Below the pieces are notes generated by a model that ran no database searches, was not told the origin of the DNA, and worked only from the letters and a program-made list of their open reading frames with translations. DNA of 64,000 bases from Myxococcales bacterium (lineage in GTDB: Bacteria; Myxococcota; Kuafuiibacteriia; Kuafuiibacteriales; Kuafuiibacteriaceae). Of this stretch, positions 27,909 through 37,159 are shown one piece after another. The translations under genes were made by a program, and so were the position numbers. How positions within the stretch are numbered: the first letter of the stretch is position 1; each line of letters begins with the position of its first letter. Where the stretch lies: contig JAHQVK010000175.1 in NCBI GenBank assembly GCA_019634385.1, forward strand, positions 333 through 64,332, in the 5' to 3' direction.

Positions 27909-29851
27909 CAAGAGAACGGTTGCTTCTGTGTTCGAGCCGTTTCTGTATAGTGTGCTGGGAGTTGATTTAGTGATTCGCGAAGCTGTTGCTCACCAAGCTC
28001 AAGGAGCTTCTCGCCCCGATTCAGAAGATCCTCTACAGTGTGAAACCAACGAGTATATTGATCTATGAAGTTTCGGCCCAGCTCGGTAGGTGTTTTAGCC
28101 ATACGTTCCGCTGCGTAGCGTTCAATTTCAATTTCTAGAAACATAGTCTGAATAATGGGCGTGCTGAACGAGAGGAAAATATCACCTCCCTCAATGATAA
28201 CCTTTTGACGTATGATATCAAGAGTTTGGTAGGGATCCGTTTTTATCAGAGCGTCAAGATGTAACTCGGAGATATCGGGCGGACTATAGTTTATTTGGCA
28301 TTGTGAGGAGAATGATTTGCCTAAATCTAGCAATTTCCGTGTTTTCTGATTGGCTTCTCGTGTATCCTGAATTTGTGCTAAGAGCTGTTGCTGTTTAGAA
28401 GACTGCTCTGTTTGGTCTTTCGGCAGACAAGCAGCTAGCAGGAGGGGGCGGGGATCAGTACCCTTTCTGAGAGAGGTTAAGAGCTCAGGTAGTTCGCCAA
28501 CTTCGGTACGTGGAATATGAAGACCACGGGCCGTTGCGTTGATAACCCGGCCTGAGTAGTCTGCAATGTCGAGATCAAATTGCCGTTGGAATTCCAGCCA
28601 CCGGGAGGTGGTGGTGACGGTATCGCCTCGGGAGCCTTTGGCCTCAATTGCAGGCTGTGTGTTGAACCACTTGATCCTATTTCCGGTTGCAGTACCCTCA
28701 GCGTGTGTATTGCCGTTTTCGGCAAAACATAAATCTTGTCCAACAAGGATAATGGGATTACATCCCGCTAGAGCAGCGATTCGAAAGGCTAAGTTACCTG
28801 CGGAACCACCAAACTCAAACTCTGGTTCATCAACACCTAGCCATTGATGAAAATCTGCGGAGCGAAAAATCAGAGCAAGCGGGCCTTGGTAGTTAGATAG
28901 TATACTTGGTTGCAGTACTGGACAACATGCAAGTACTGTGTCCGGCGCTTCAAGATTCTCAAAATGACGAATGGTCATCTCTACGCGCTCTCGAGAGGTG
29001 GCGACATGTGGGCGAATTCCAGCAGCCTGTAAGATGCGTATAGATGTGTCGGGACAAAAAATAGGTACTTGGTCTTGAATGGGTTTTAAGTATGGAAGAC
29101 TGGCTTGTAAGGAAGGGCCCGCAGAAGCAACGATCGCGGGACGGCCTTTTAATATGTCTTTGAAAGCCCAGATGCTTTTCGATCGAGAAAGTATAGGTAG
29201 GTTGTGACAAATGTTTTCAAGGCCAAGCAAGACATCATTGTAGTCGTTGCCTATCATACGGGCACCGTTTTTCACTGAGTCTAAGAATATATTGGATGCT
29301 GCAACAACATAGTTGGGATATCGATGGGCAGCTCCGTGGGGTACAACCTGAGCAATACTTTTGCAGAAAAAATTATAGCGAGCATGGATGGTGTTCACGT
29401 TGAGCCTGAGTTTCAGCTCGTCGAGTGTTTGACCTATTTGCCAATCGACATGTTTATGGGCAATGGCAGAACGTAAATCAGTCATTCGTATTGCGCACTG
29501 GAAAAGGGCTACATCGGGCTCAACAACGAGGATAGTGCGATCTCTACCTTTGAAGAGTTGGAGAAGCGCATTGAGCTCCAGGCCGAGACCCAGCCCGAAG
29601 AGTCCGACCAAACGGCATTTCTGGATATCTTCGCGGCGTTGTAGCTGCTCCAGTGCGCTAGTAACAGTAGGTGTATACCATTTCTCCTGGTTGTTGGTGT
29701 CCAATAAATTGAGCGTTCCGTCAGGATCTTGGACCGTCCGTAGTGATGAAGGAGAGAGTGTGCTGGCAAGCTCGACGAGCTGCGGTCGATGCTCTTGTAG
29801 AGCAGCCATATTGGCGTCAAAGAATGGCCCGTGCATGCAGTCCCTTTTCAT
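27905..29851 (-). CDS. Maf-like (motility-accessory-factor family) protein with MptE-like/DUF115 domain
   Basis: 648 aa. AIVASAGPSLQASLPYL...FCPDTSIRILQAAGIRPH matches the GPSL-containing DUF115 core of Maf glycosyltransferase-family proteins. No flagellin genes lie nearby. Confidence 0.45.
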   Translation of the reverse strand: MKRDCMHGPFFDANMAALQEHRPQLVELASTLSPSSLRTVQDPDGTLNLLDTNNQEKWYTPTVTSALEQLQRREDIQKCRLVGLFGLGLGLELNALLQLFKGRDRTILVVEPDVALFQCAIRMTDLRSAIAHKHVDWQIGQTLDELKLRLNVNTIHARYNFFCKSIAQVVPHGAAHRYPNYVVAASNIFLDSVKNGARMIGNDYNDVLLGLENICHNLPILSRSKSIWAFKDILKGRPAIVASAGPSLQASLPYLKPIQDQVPIFCPDTSIRILQAAGIRPHVATSRERVEMTIRHFENLEAPDTVLACCPVLQPSILSNYQGPLALIFRSADFHQWLGVDEPEFEFGGSAGNLAFRIAALAGCNPIILVGQDLCFAENGNTHAEGTATGNRIKWFNTQPAIEAKGSRGDTVTTTSRWLEFQRQFDLDIADYSGRVINATARGLHIPRTEVGELPELLTSLRKGTDPRPLLLAACLPKDQTEQSSKQQQLLAQIQDTREANQKTRKLLDLGKSFSSQCQINYSPPDISELHLDALIKTDPYQTLDIIRQKVIIEGGDIFLSFSTPIIQTMFLEIEIERYAAERMAKTPTELGRNFIDQYTRWFHTVEDLLNRGEKLLELGEQQLRESLNQLPAHYTETARTQKQPFSC

Positions 29852-29966
29852 CGGCTGCTAGAGCATTAATGACAGTGTGGTGACGAAGATTGGTTCGGGC
29901 TGCAGTGGAGATTCAGTTTTTTGCTAACAATGCGCACTCGACCTCAGTAGGTCTTCGTCTTAAAGT

Positions 29967-30827
29967 TTGTCATGTTTCATGACGTATGAATTCGTCGATA
30001 TTGGCAGAGCGTCTATGCGCTTACGTCGCATTGGGACCGGAAAGCCTACGATCCTACTCGATGCTGGTTGGGGTCACTGGTCCACCGTGTGGATACGTAT
30101 CCAGGAGCTCCTAGCTACTCAGTTCCAAACGGTTGCCTTCGACCGAATGGGACTAGGTGGGAGTACACGAGTGGGATCGGATCGGCACGCCTTTCAAATA
30201 GTAGACGAACTGCAGGCCGCCTTGCTTGCGGCTCAGGTCGCGGGACCATACGTGTATGTTGGTCATGCCATAGGTGCTGTCCACGCACGAATTCATGCAC
30301 GACGAGACCATCGGGTCCAGGCTATGGTCTTGGTTGAACCTATTGTTGAGACTTTGGCTATGCAGCGGGTCTTCTCTAATTATCGTTACGGCCTTGAGAA
30401 ATCCTACCGGCGGGCATTGAGGTCCGCACGGTGGGGAGTGATTCAACCCACAGCGTGGTTGTTAGGGTGGCCGAAATTTGGCCGGAATTTACCATCAACA
30501 GGTCGCCGAGATCTCCGACGGGGCTATCGTCGGTCGGTTATGCAGACCGTATTGGATGAACTGGACTCGTGTGAGCAAAGTATGCAGCAGCTCGCTGGGG
30601 TGGGCAGTCCCGCGGTACCTATACATGTACTATCAGCCGGTCGAGACTGGTTGTTTGCCCGCCGGGACGGTCATGAGAATCATGTACAGGTGATGCATCG
30701 AAAACTGGCTTCGATGTCGCCGGTTGGATTTCATTCTGTTGTCCCAAATGCAGGGCATAATCTACATCTAGAGTATCCGCGGGAGGTGTTGTCAGCGGTT
30801 CAAGGACTCGTTAAGAAAGTGTGCTAG
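29967..30827 (+). CDS. alpha/beta-hydrolase-fold protein, probable pseudo-enzyme (Ala at nucleophile position)
   Basis: TILLDAGWGHWSTVW is an HG-like oxyanion region. The nucleophile elbow reads YVGHAIGAV (G-H-A-I-G) instead of G-x-S-x-G. C-terminal His region PNAGHNLHLEYP. Confidence 0.5.
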   Translation: MSCFMTYEFVDIGRASMRLRRIGTGKPTILLDAGWGHWSTVWIRIQELLATQFQTVAFDRMGLGGSTRVGSDRHAFQIVDELQAALLAAQVAGPYVYVGHAIGAVHARIHARRDHRVQAMVLVEPIVETLAMQRVFSNYRYGLEKSYRRALRSARWGVIQPTAWLLGWPKFGRNLPSTGRRDLRRGYRRSVMQTVLDELDSCEQSMQQLAGVGSPAVPIHVLSAGRDWLFARRDGHENHVQVMHRKLASMSPVGFHSVVPNAGHNLHLEYPREVLSAVQGLVKKVC

Positions 30828-30961
30828 CAGCCGGTTGGTTTGGCTAGGTAGCTCTTCTTCGGGAGGTTCTTTCGGTGGAATATCTCGAGCGGTCCGCCTC
30901 CTTATTGGTTACATACCCTTTGTGTACTCTCATTTTTTGCAAAAAAATTTCAGCGATAGTC

Positions 30962-31147
30962 TAGGGCTGTTTTTATACTCCAGCTGTGGAAATGCCGCCT
31001 TAGCCTGCGTTTGTGAGGGGTCAGCGTCGGAGGGAGGGTACCGCACGTACCGGGCCACGAGGCCCGAAAGGGTGGCGAAGCCACCGACTCGTAGCAAATG
31101 CGGGAAACAAGTCAGAACGTGGTTCGGAGTTGCAAGACACGCCATAG
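30962..31147. repeat. family A copy A8 (forward, degenerate)
   Basis: ctagggctgtttttatactccagc...gttgcaagacacgccatag. Diverged about 20%. Confidence 0.65.
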
Positions 31148-31194
31148 TGTTGGCGATCGTGGCTCAGTCAAATCAACGGCTGCTAGAGCCAGAA

Positions 31195-31307
31195 TACGGC
31201 AAAGACCCCTTGAATTGCTTCTGTAAGAATCACCAAGCGGTCGCGCAGCGGGGCACAGCCCGGCGTAGAAGCAGTCACTTGGGTTCAACCCAAGTGATTT
31301 CTGCTGT
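31195..31307. repeat. family B copy B6 (reverse, degenerate start)
   Basis: ...caaagaccccttgaattgcttctgtaagaatcaccaagcggtcgcgcagcggggcacagcccggcgtagaagcagtcacttgggttcaacccaagtgatttctgctgtag. It lies 48 bp from A8. A solo D-type terminus (atcaacggctgctag, 31172-31187) sits between them. Confidence 0.7.
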
Positions 31308-31504
31308 AGTCTTGAGCTGTCTATCTTTATCATCAATAAGACTCCCTTGCTGACCGGATAGATGTTCGGCTGTCCTCCCAGAACCTATGAGTTGCCGAGC
31401 CGTACTTGGGTAAAGCACAGTATTGTACCCCTCCGATCAACAAGACTTTGAATTACATAAGTCAGCTATTGTCAGCCACCTTTGGCAAGACGCTCCGCAT
31501 TGTT

Positions 31505-31853
31505 GTAGCTTCACAGCCGGTTGATCTAGCCCTGCACGCATCTATCGGCCGGTCTTTCCGTGAAAGGTCCTGACCACTAGCAGGCCATCGGAAAAGTGGG
31601 ATGGGTGATCCGCGAAGTATCTTTTCCGTGGACCGCTCCGGATGAAGAGGGCGCATACAACCGATGAAAGGCGAAGCCGGTCCAGACGTTCCACGGAAAA
31701 AAACCCGCGAAGCGCCTAACTCACTTTTCCGATGGCCTGCTAGAAGTCTCTCCTCGGTCGCGTACCGCCAGGTACGCTCGCCTCGTCGTCAGAGCGTTTC
31801 ACGAAAAGCCTGGCTCGATAGCTACACACAGGGCTAAATCAACCGGCTGTTCA
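31505..31853. repeat. family D copy D2 (reverse orientation relative to D1, split by C3)
   Basis: 31505-31576 and 31745-31853 are the reverse complement of D1 (about 90% identity). C3 is inserted between them. Confidence 0.75.
31577..31744. repeat. family C copy C3 (reverse), inserted inside D2
   Basis: ctagcaggccatcggaaaagtgggatgggtgatccgcgaagtatcttttccgtgg...cacttttccgatggcctgctag interrupts the D sequence at a CTAA site. Confidence 0.8.
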
Positions 31854-31861
31854 GTGAAAAA

Positions 31862-33586
31862 CTATCCTGCTACACCCACCGCGTCCCAGGCTTCGCTAAT
31901 GATCTGTGAAGTACGCTGATCCTCGGCGAAAATATCATTAGCGGATTGTAGTGTGGCTCTTCTTGCGTCACGAAAGGTACTAGCTGGTTGAAGGTAATGT
32001 TGGAGAGCGTGCATCCATATTTGACCCGCACTACGCATGGCTCGTTCCATATCGCCACTATAGTGGGCTTTGAGACCGATTGTATGACCACCTAGGCGGT
32101 GTTGACCACCTTCAACGCTCAGATAAAAAGCATGGTTTTGTATGCCGGAGGAGTAATGAACATCAATGTTCTCTTGATAGTTGTCAAAATGATCAAGAGA
32201 CCTTCCATCAGCGAGAGGATCATCCATAAATCGAAGTGCATCGTCGTCTGAGCCATGCGGAGTAAATGTATCCTCACCAAGACGCCAGTCGAACGGATGA
32301 ACATTTGAAGTTTCTGGATCTGCAGATTGGGTATGCCACCATTCGAATAGAGTGCCGATGATGTCGCTATAGGATTCGTTTAGCCCACCTGATTCCCCTC
32401 TGTAAATGAGTCCTGCGGACTTCTCCGTGATTCCATGAGCAAGCTCATGACCAATAATATCAATGGTTGATAATCTACCAAATGTTTGGTTGTCACCGTG
32501 TCCGATATGAATGACATCTTGATACCAGAATGCATTGTTGTAGTCTTTCCCAACGTTAGTCAAAGCTTGTAGTTTCAGCTGTCGATTATCCAACGATCTC
32601 AATCCAAAGAAGTCCTGCAAAAAGTCTAGGAAGGTTGTGGTGGCGTAGTGCGTTTCGACGGCCGCCTTGATTCGGTTCGAGGCTTGTGGTCCACCCCACG
32701 TATCGTCAGCGCTTACAAATGGGCTTCCGAGATCAAAATGTCCCGCGATTTGTTCGGGATCTTGCTCTTGCGCGTCGCGGGTCTCTGCGTAGTCTTTGGG
32801 CGTTCGAAGCTCGTAGCCAGCGGTGCTAAGGGTTGTACGGAGCTGTACAAAACCAACTAAGTCCCCAAAATCGTCAGCTTGATCTGCGCCAGGGCTAAAC
32901 TGTCTCACCCTACGAAGAGTAGGGTGTTCAGTGAGGTTGATGTGGGGATCGTGGCCTCGGATTTGGTCCCAGGATAATAGTACGTGGTCAGAAAGTGCAT
33001 CGATCAGCAGGTGGGGAATAAGAGGGAGAGACTGAGTCTCGGCACGGGATAGGCAGAAATCTGCCATGCGAATGTAGTAGGCTAACTGGATAGTCCGGGC
33101 GGAGCCGCGGTAATTGACCAACTCAATGGACGTGGTTTGAATGGTATCATGGCTACATCCATAGTAGTTTACAACAAAGTTCCGGGCGATGGCGTCGACT
33201 TCATCAATAGTGTGTACGTGGGTGTTAGACGGCACGAGAGATGAAAATGGTTGCCATAGATCTGTGGATGTTCCGGAGAACTTAATCTCGCCATCGGGAT
33301 GAATTTGTGCGAGAAAGTATTCCCCGAATAGTGACCGACGATCGTACTCGATACCTAAACGCACATGGATAATGCTTTGCGCATCAACATCTATACGAAG
33401 TGGCACAAGGCGGTGAAAGGTACCTGGGCGTAAGATGGTTTCGTTTTTGCTGCATTCTGGTCTAAAATGGTCGGGTAATTGTTGCTCAACGGTAGCGAGG
33501 ATGTACTTACCTGCTTCACTTTGGAGTGTCACTGGTGTGCTAGGGGCTAGGGTCGACAATTGGTCCGAAAATGGTTGGGTGCTCAT
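31862..33586 (-). CDS. M4 (thermolysin-like) zinc metallopeptidase without recognisable signal peptide
   Basis: HELAHGITE (HExxH) plus GGLNESYSDIIG (ExxxD zinc ligand) are M4 hallmarks. The N-terminal 30 aa are hydrophilic (MSTQPFSDQLSTLAPSTPVT). Confidence 0.7.
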   Translation of the reverse strand: MSTQPFSDQLSTLAPSTPVTLQSEAGKYILATVEQQLPDHFRPECSKNETILRPGTFHRLVPLRIDVDAQSIIHVRLGIEYDRRSLFGEYFLAQIHPDGEIKFSGTSTDLWQPFSSLVPSNTHVHTIDEVDAIARNFVVNYYGCSHDTIQTTSIELVNYRGSARTIQLAYYIRMADFCLSRAETQSLPLIPHLLIDALSDHVLLSWDQIRGHDPHINLTEHPTLRRVRQFSPGADQADDFGDLVGFVQLRTTLSTAGYELRTPKDYAETRDAQEQDPEQIAGHFDLGSPFVSADDTWGGPQASNRIKAAVETHYATTTFLDFLQDFFGLRSLDNRQLKLQALTNVGKDYNNAFWYQDVIHIGHGDNQTFGRLSTIDIIGHELAHGITEKSAGLIYRGESGGLNESYSDIIGTLFEWWHTQSADPETSNVHPFDWRLGEDTFTPHGSDDDALRFMDDPLADGRSLDHFDNYQENIDVHYSSGIQNHAFYLSVEGGQHRLGGHTIGLKAHYSGDMERAMRSAGQIWMHALQHYLQPASTFRDARRATLQSANDIFAEDQRTSQIISEAWDAVGVAG

Positions 33587-33588
33587 GA

Positions 33589-34521
33589 TTGGGTGTGGCG
33601 GATCCTTTACGTTTTAGGCATACGATGCAAGTGCTTAGCCAGGCTGGTGATATGCGTTGGGTTGTTCATAGTGTTCCAGAGAATGCGAGGGTGGTGTGCT
33701 TATCGGATATACATGGAAATCGTGCTGCGCTTGAGGCGGTTTGGACAACTTCCAACCTGGATCAGGCAGAGTTGGTGGTGATGCACGGTGACCTGGTGAA
33801 TCGGGGGCCGTGCTCTGATGTCGTTTGGGATATGTGTGTTTCCGAGCCTCGCTGGAGGTTGATCTCAGGTAATCACGAGCGATACGTCCGAAATCATCTT
33901 ATACCAGGTGCTGCTCCGCAGGGTCGATGGGCTGAAATCCATTCTACCTCCGCCTGGACGTGTCGAAAGTTAGGAACTCGCGCACGTGGGCTCTTCGATT
34001 GGCCGGATGGTGTTATTCTTCAGTCACCGGGCCTTCCCGAGATTCGGGTGGTACACGCCTCGCTCTTAGGAGATGATCGAGGAGTAGGTCCAGGTGACTC
34101 ACCAAAATATCAACGGATGGCCGCAGAGGGGCTGTGGTCACTTCTGGTTGTTGGCCATATTCACCGGTGTTATGACTTTTGGGCAGGCACGACGCAGGTA
34201 CTAAATGCTGGATCCGTGGGATCCGCCTCTGATGGGGTGCACCAGGCTGGATGGGTTGAGCTACGGGCGCTTCCGACCGGATGGTCAACGACCATTCACC
34301 GAATACCGTACGATGAACAGCGTGCAGATGACGATTTCTACCACTCTGGTTTTTTGAGCGAAGGAGGGCCAACGGCAAGATTGATTTACCGCGAATGGCA
34401 GCTTGCGCGCCCGGTGATAAGACCATGGTTCGAGCGGTATGTAGAGCGAGTATTGCAGGAGGAGCTTTCGATCGAAAAAGCGGTTTCAGACTATCTGGAG
34501 GAACTGGATGAGGACTTATAA
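33589..34521 (+). CDS. calcineurin-like metallophosphoesterase (PPP/ApaH-like)
   Basis: LSDIHGN, GDLVNRGP and GNHE motifs. The start is probably the internal Met at 33625, because the annotated start abuts the divergent M4 gene. Confidence 0.7.
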   Translation: MGVADPLRFRHTMQVLSQAGDMRWVVHSVPENARVVCLSDIHGNRAALEAVWTTSNLDQAELVVMHGDLVNRGPCSDVVWDMCVSEPRWRLISGNHERYVRNHLIPGAAPQGRWAEIHSTSAWTCRKLGTRARGLFDWPDGVILQSPGLPEIRVVHASLLGDDRGVGPGDSPKYQRMAAEGLWSLLVVGHIHRCYDFWAGTTQVLNAGSVGSASDGVHQAGWVELRALPTGWSTTIHRIPYDEQRADDDFYHSGFLSEGGPTARLIYREWQLARPVIRPWFERYVERVLQEELSIEKAVSDYLEELDEDL

Positions 34522-35343
34522 ACTTAGGCTGAGGCCAAAGTTAAGGCCGTAGAAACCGTCGCTATCAAATGCGAAGCCATATGGCTCGGTGAGATTCATC
34601 CACAGCCCGGCATGGGCGGTAAGCAAACCAGCGATAGAGGCTTCCACAAAGGGTTCGATGGCGACCTGTGCGTCGGAGCTAGCGTATGCTTCCGGTAGTA
34701 CGGCGGTTTGGATTCTTAGGCCAATTCCTGCAATCCCCAGCAACGGTAGCATGGCTTGGGCCCCGGCCTGAAATCCGACACCATCGGCGTCACTACTGAC
34801 ATTTGCGGTGCTAAATAGGGCGATAGGGGTGATATCGCCGGCTACTTGGATGGGACCAACATTGAGCTCAGCTTCAGCAGTAGCGGTGAGCCCAAAAGTC
34901 TGAGGTGCATACATGAAGGCATTGTATCCCCCTCGAGTTGCAATATTAGCACGTGCGATGTTTATTGCGTTGGTTCTGTCTGGGTTCGAGAGGGGAATTG
35001 AAGCTCCAACTCCCAGACGAAGGGTTAAAATCTTTATGTCGAAGGTATGTAGTACATTAAAGTAGGGATTAAAAAAGACAACATCGTCCGTCTTTTCTTC
35101 GTTATTAAAGAAACCGTTGGAATTGGCGAAGCCCCATCGTCCACGAAAAGCTAACTGACCGGTCGTAAATTGTACGCCAAACTCCGGAGAATGAACGGTT
35201 GTTTCGTTTTGAGAAAAGAAGGTGTACTCCGCTTCAACATCCATAGCGGCTCGGGCGGGGGAAACTACCCCGACTAGGGTGGTTGCAGCGAGGAGAACGT
35301 GGCTACTGACGATCCCAAAGTGCTTCTGATTCAAAACCCTCAT
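34516..35343 (-). CDS. hypothetical outer-membrane (beta-barrel-like) protein
   Basis: Cleavable signal (LLAATTLVGVVSPARAA). The sequence has alternating hydrophobic periodicity and a glycine-rich C-terminus ending GLSLSL. Confidence 0.4.
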   Translation of the reverse strand: MRVLNQKHFGIVSSHVLLAATTLVGVVSPARAAMDVEAEYTFFSQNETTVHSPEFGVQFTTGQLAFRGRWGFANSNGFFNNEEKTDDVVFFNPYFNVLHTFDIKILTLRLGVGASIPLSNPDRTNAINIARANIATRGGYNAFMYAPQTFGLTATAEAELNVGPIQVAGDITPIALFSTANVSSDADGVGFQAGAQAMLPLLGIAGIGLRIQTAVLPEAYASSDAQVAIEPFVEASIAGLLTAHAGLWMNLTEPYGFAFDSDGFYGLNFGLSLSL

Positions 35344-35650
35344 AGCAAGAGGTTAGTGGACTCGAAGAATGAAACCAAGCCATCATATGATGTGTCGACA
35401 CGCACAGGATATATTTTGAGGGGGCTCGCCCTAGAACGTCGGATTGGTTGAAATAGGCCTTTGTTACTGATTCTTATAAGTTTTAGGCGTTGTGCTCGTG
35501 CCTCAAGGAGCGTCTTAGTCTTTGGGATTCATTCAGCCCCTCCGGCGCGCAAGCCTTAGAACTCACGAAAATGGTGTATGTCAGGCGATTTCAACCCATT
35601 GGTCTTGAACCAAGTCGAAGCCGAGGCGTGGGATAAAGCAGGGAAGTTCC

Positions 35651-36232
35651 TCAGCGGTAGGTGAGATTGCGCGGCGGTACCGGATGATTTCGGCTGGCAA
35701 ATAGTGCAATAGCGGCAGCGTTGGTTACATTGATAGATGAGTTGCGTCCGAACATCGAAATGTGAAAAATTTTATCGCAGGCAGCAAGAAGGTCATCTGG
35801 CAGACCAAATTTCTCCGATCCAACTAACCAACATAACTGGGAACCTAGTAGTCGTGGCAATTCACAGATGTCTTGACTTAATGAGGCTATTTCGAGAGCT
35901 ACGAGCTGAAATTGTTTTCTTCGAAGCTCCTCTATGTATGGTTGGGGTTGGGCGGAGTAAGAATAAGGAACCCAACGATCTGCGCTGCGCGCATTCCGAT
36001 GTATCTTAACATTTGGTGGTTTGGATGCACGTCCGGAGAGATAGATATGCTCTACGTCGAACGCATCAGCGAGTCGAAATAGTCCACCAACATTAGCCGG
36101 GTTGTGCACATCGTGAGCCCACAAGCGAAGAGGAGACGAGACGCGTGAACTGGGCCATGCACCAGGGGGTGAATTCATTTTTGATAGTCCTCTCATCATT
36201 ATCGTAATCCCCAGTGTGTTAAGACGATACAC
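35651..36232 (-). CDS. SpoU/TrmH-family RNA 2'-O-methyltransferase
   Basis: HNPANVGGLFRLADAF (motif 1) and SINVTNAAAIALF (motif 3) of the SPOUT class. 193 aa. Confidence 0.6.
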   Translation of the reverse strand: MYRLNTLGITIMMRGLSKMNSPPGAWPSSRVSSPLRLWAHDVHNPANVGGLFRLADAFDVEHIYLSGRASKPPNVKIHRNARSADRWVPYSYSAQPQPYIEELRRKQFQLVALEIASLSQDICELPRLLGSQLCWLVGSEKFGLPDDLLAACDKIFHISMFGRNSSINVTNAAAIALFASRNHPVPPRNLTYR

Positions 36233-36282
36233 TTATGTAATCATCCTTGAGCCGACGCGACTGAAAGCTTACATGTGCTCAT

Positions 36283-36606
36283 ATGAAAGATTTTACTCAT
36301 GCAGTCGTTCAAACCATTGGAGAAGATGGTCGAGCTCGATCCGTGCTATTGGATATAGAGACTGCTTCACAATTAACCAACGCGAAAGTGAGTCAGCTCG
36401 TGGCCGCTGGATCTTCCATAGAAAATATTCCCCCAGAAGTTCAGCAAATTCTAAGCTGGGATTTGGCGGGCATGAAACGGGCTCTGGTCGAGGGTGAGAA
36501 ACGGGGAGAGATCTCAGCCGATTCATCAATGGAACAAATCGAAAAGTATCTCAAGGACTATCAACAACGCCATAAAGTTGATTTTGGCTTGCCCAAACTT
36601 ACCTGA
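36283..36606 (+). CDS. hypothetical small protein
   Basis: 107-aa ORF with no motif recognised. It is followed by a 19-bp tandem duplication. Confidence 0.3.
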   Translation: MKDFTHAVVQTIGEDGRARSVLLDIETASQLTNAKVSQLVAAGSSIENIPPEVQQILSWDLAGMKRALVEGEKRGEISADSSMEQIEKYLKDYQQRHKVDFGLPKLT

Positions 36607-36723
36607 ACTTGGTTTCGCCTAACGCTAAATGAGGTTTAACGCTAAATGAGGTTTGCCTTGCCAGGCACAGCTCAGTCCTCTTTGGTGATTTAAGATGCTG
36701 AATATGTTGAATCCTCCGCAGCA

Positions 36724-36838
36724 CTACAGCGGAAATCACTTGGGTTGAACCAAAGTTCCTGCTTCTACGCTGGGCTATGCCGCGCTGCGCGACCCCTTGT
36801 TGATTCTCACAGAATCAATTCAAGTGGTCTTTGCTGTG
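36724..36838. repeat. family B copy B7 (forward)
   Basis: ctacagcggaaatcacttgggttgaaccaaagttcctgcttctacgctgggctatgccgcgctgcgcgaccccttgttgattctcacagaatcaattcaagtggtctttgctgtg. Confidence 0.8.
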
Positions 36839-36891
36839 TAGCCGCTATTTGCCGTTGATTGTTCCCTCTGGATTTTAGCGATAGTTCTAGC

Positions 36892-37071
36892 TAGGGCATG
36901 TCTTTAAACTCTGGCTGGGGTGATGACGCTTTATCCAGCGCTTGTGAAGGGCCGGCCCCGGAAGATACTGGATGTACTGGGCCGAGGGCCCGAAAGGGTG
37001 GCGAGCCAACGACCCCTCAAAAATACAGGAAACAAGTCAGAATGCGGTCCGGAGCTTAAAGACACGCCTAA
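36892..37071. repeat. family A copy A13 (forward)
   Basis: ctagctagggcatgtctttaaactctgg...ggagcttaaagacacgcctaa. It lies 54 bp from B7. Confidence 0.8.
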
Positions 37072-37159
37072 ACCACCGGCTGGAAATCCTCTCCGGGTAG
37101 CAACGGACGTGGAGTGAATTTGCTGGTCACCATTCGGCGGGTTCGATGTAAACGATGAC

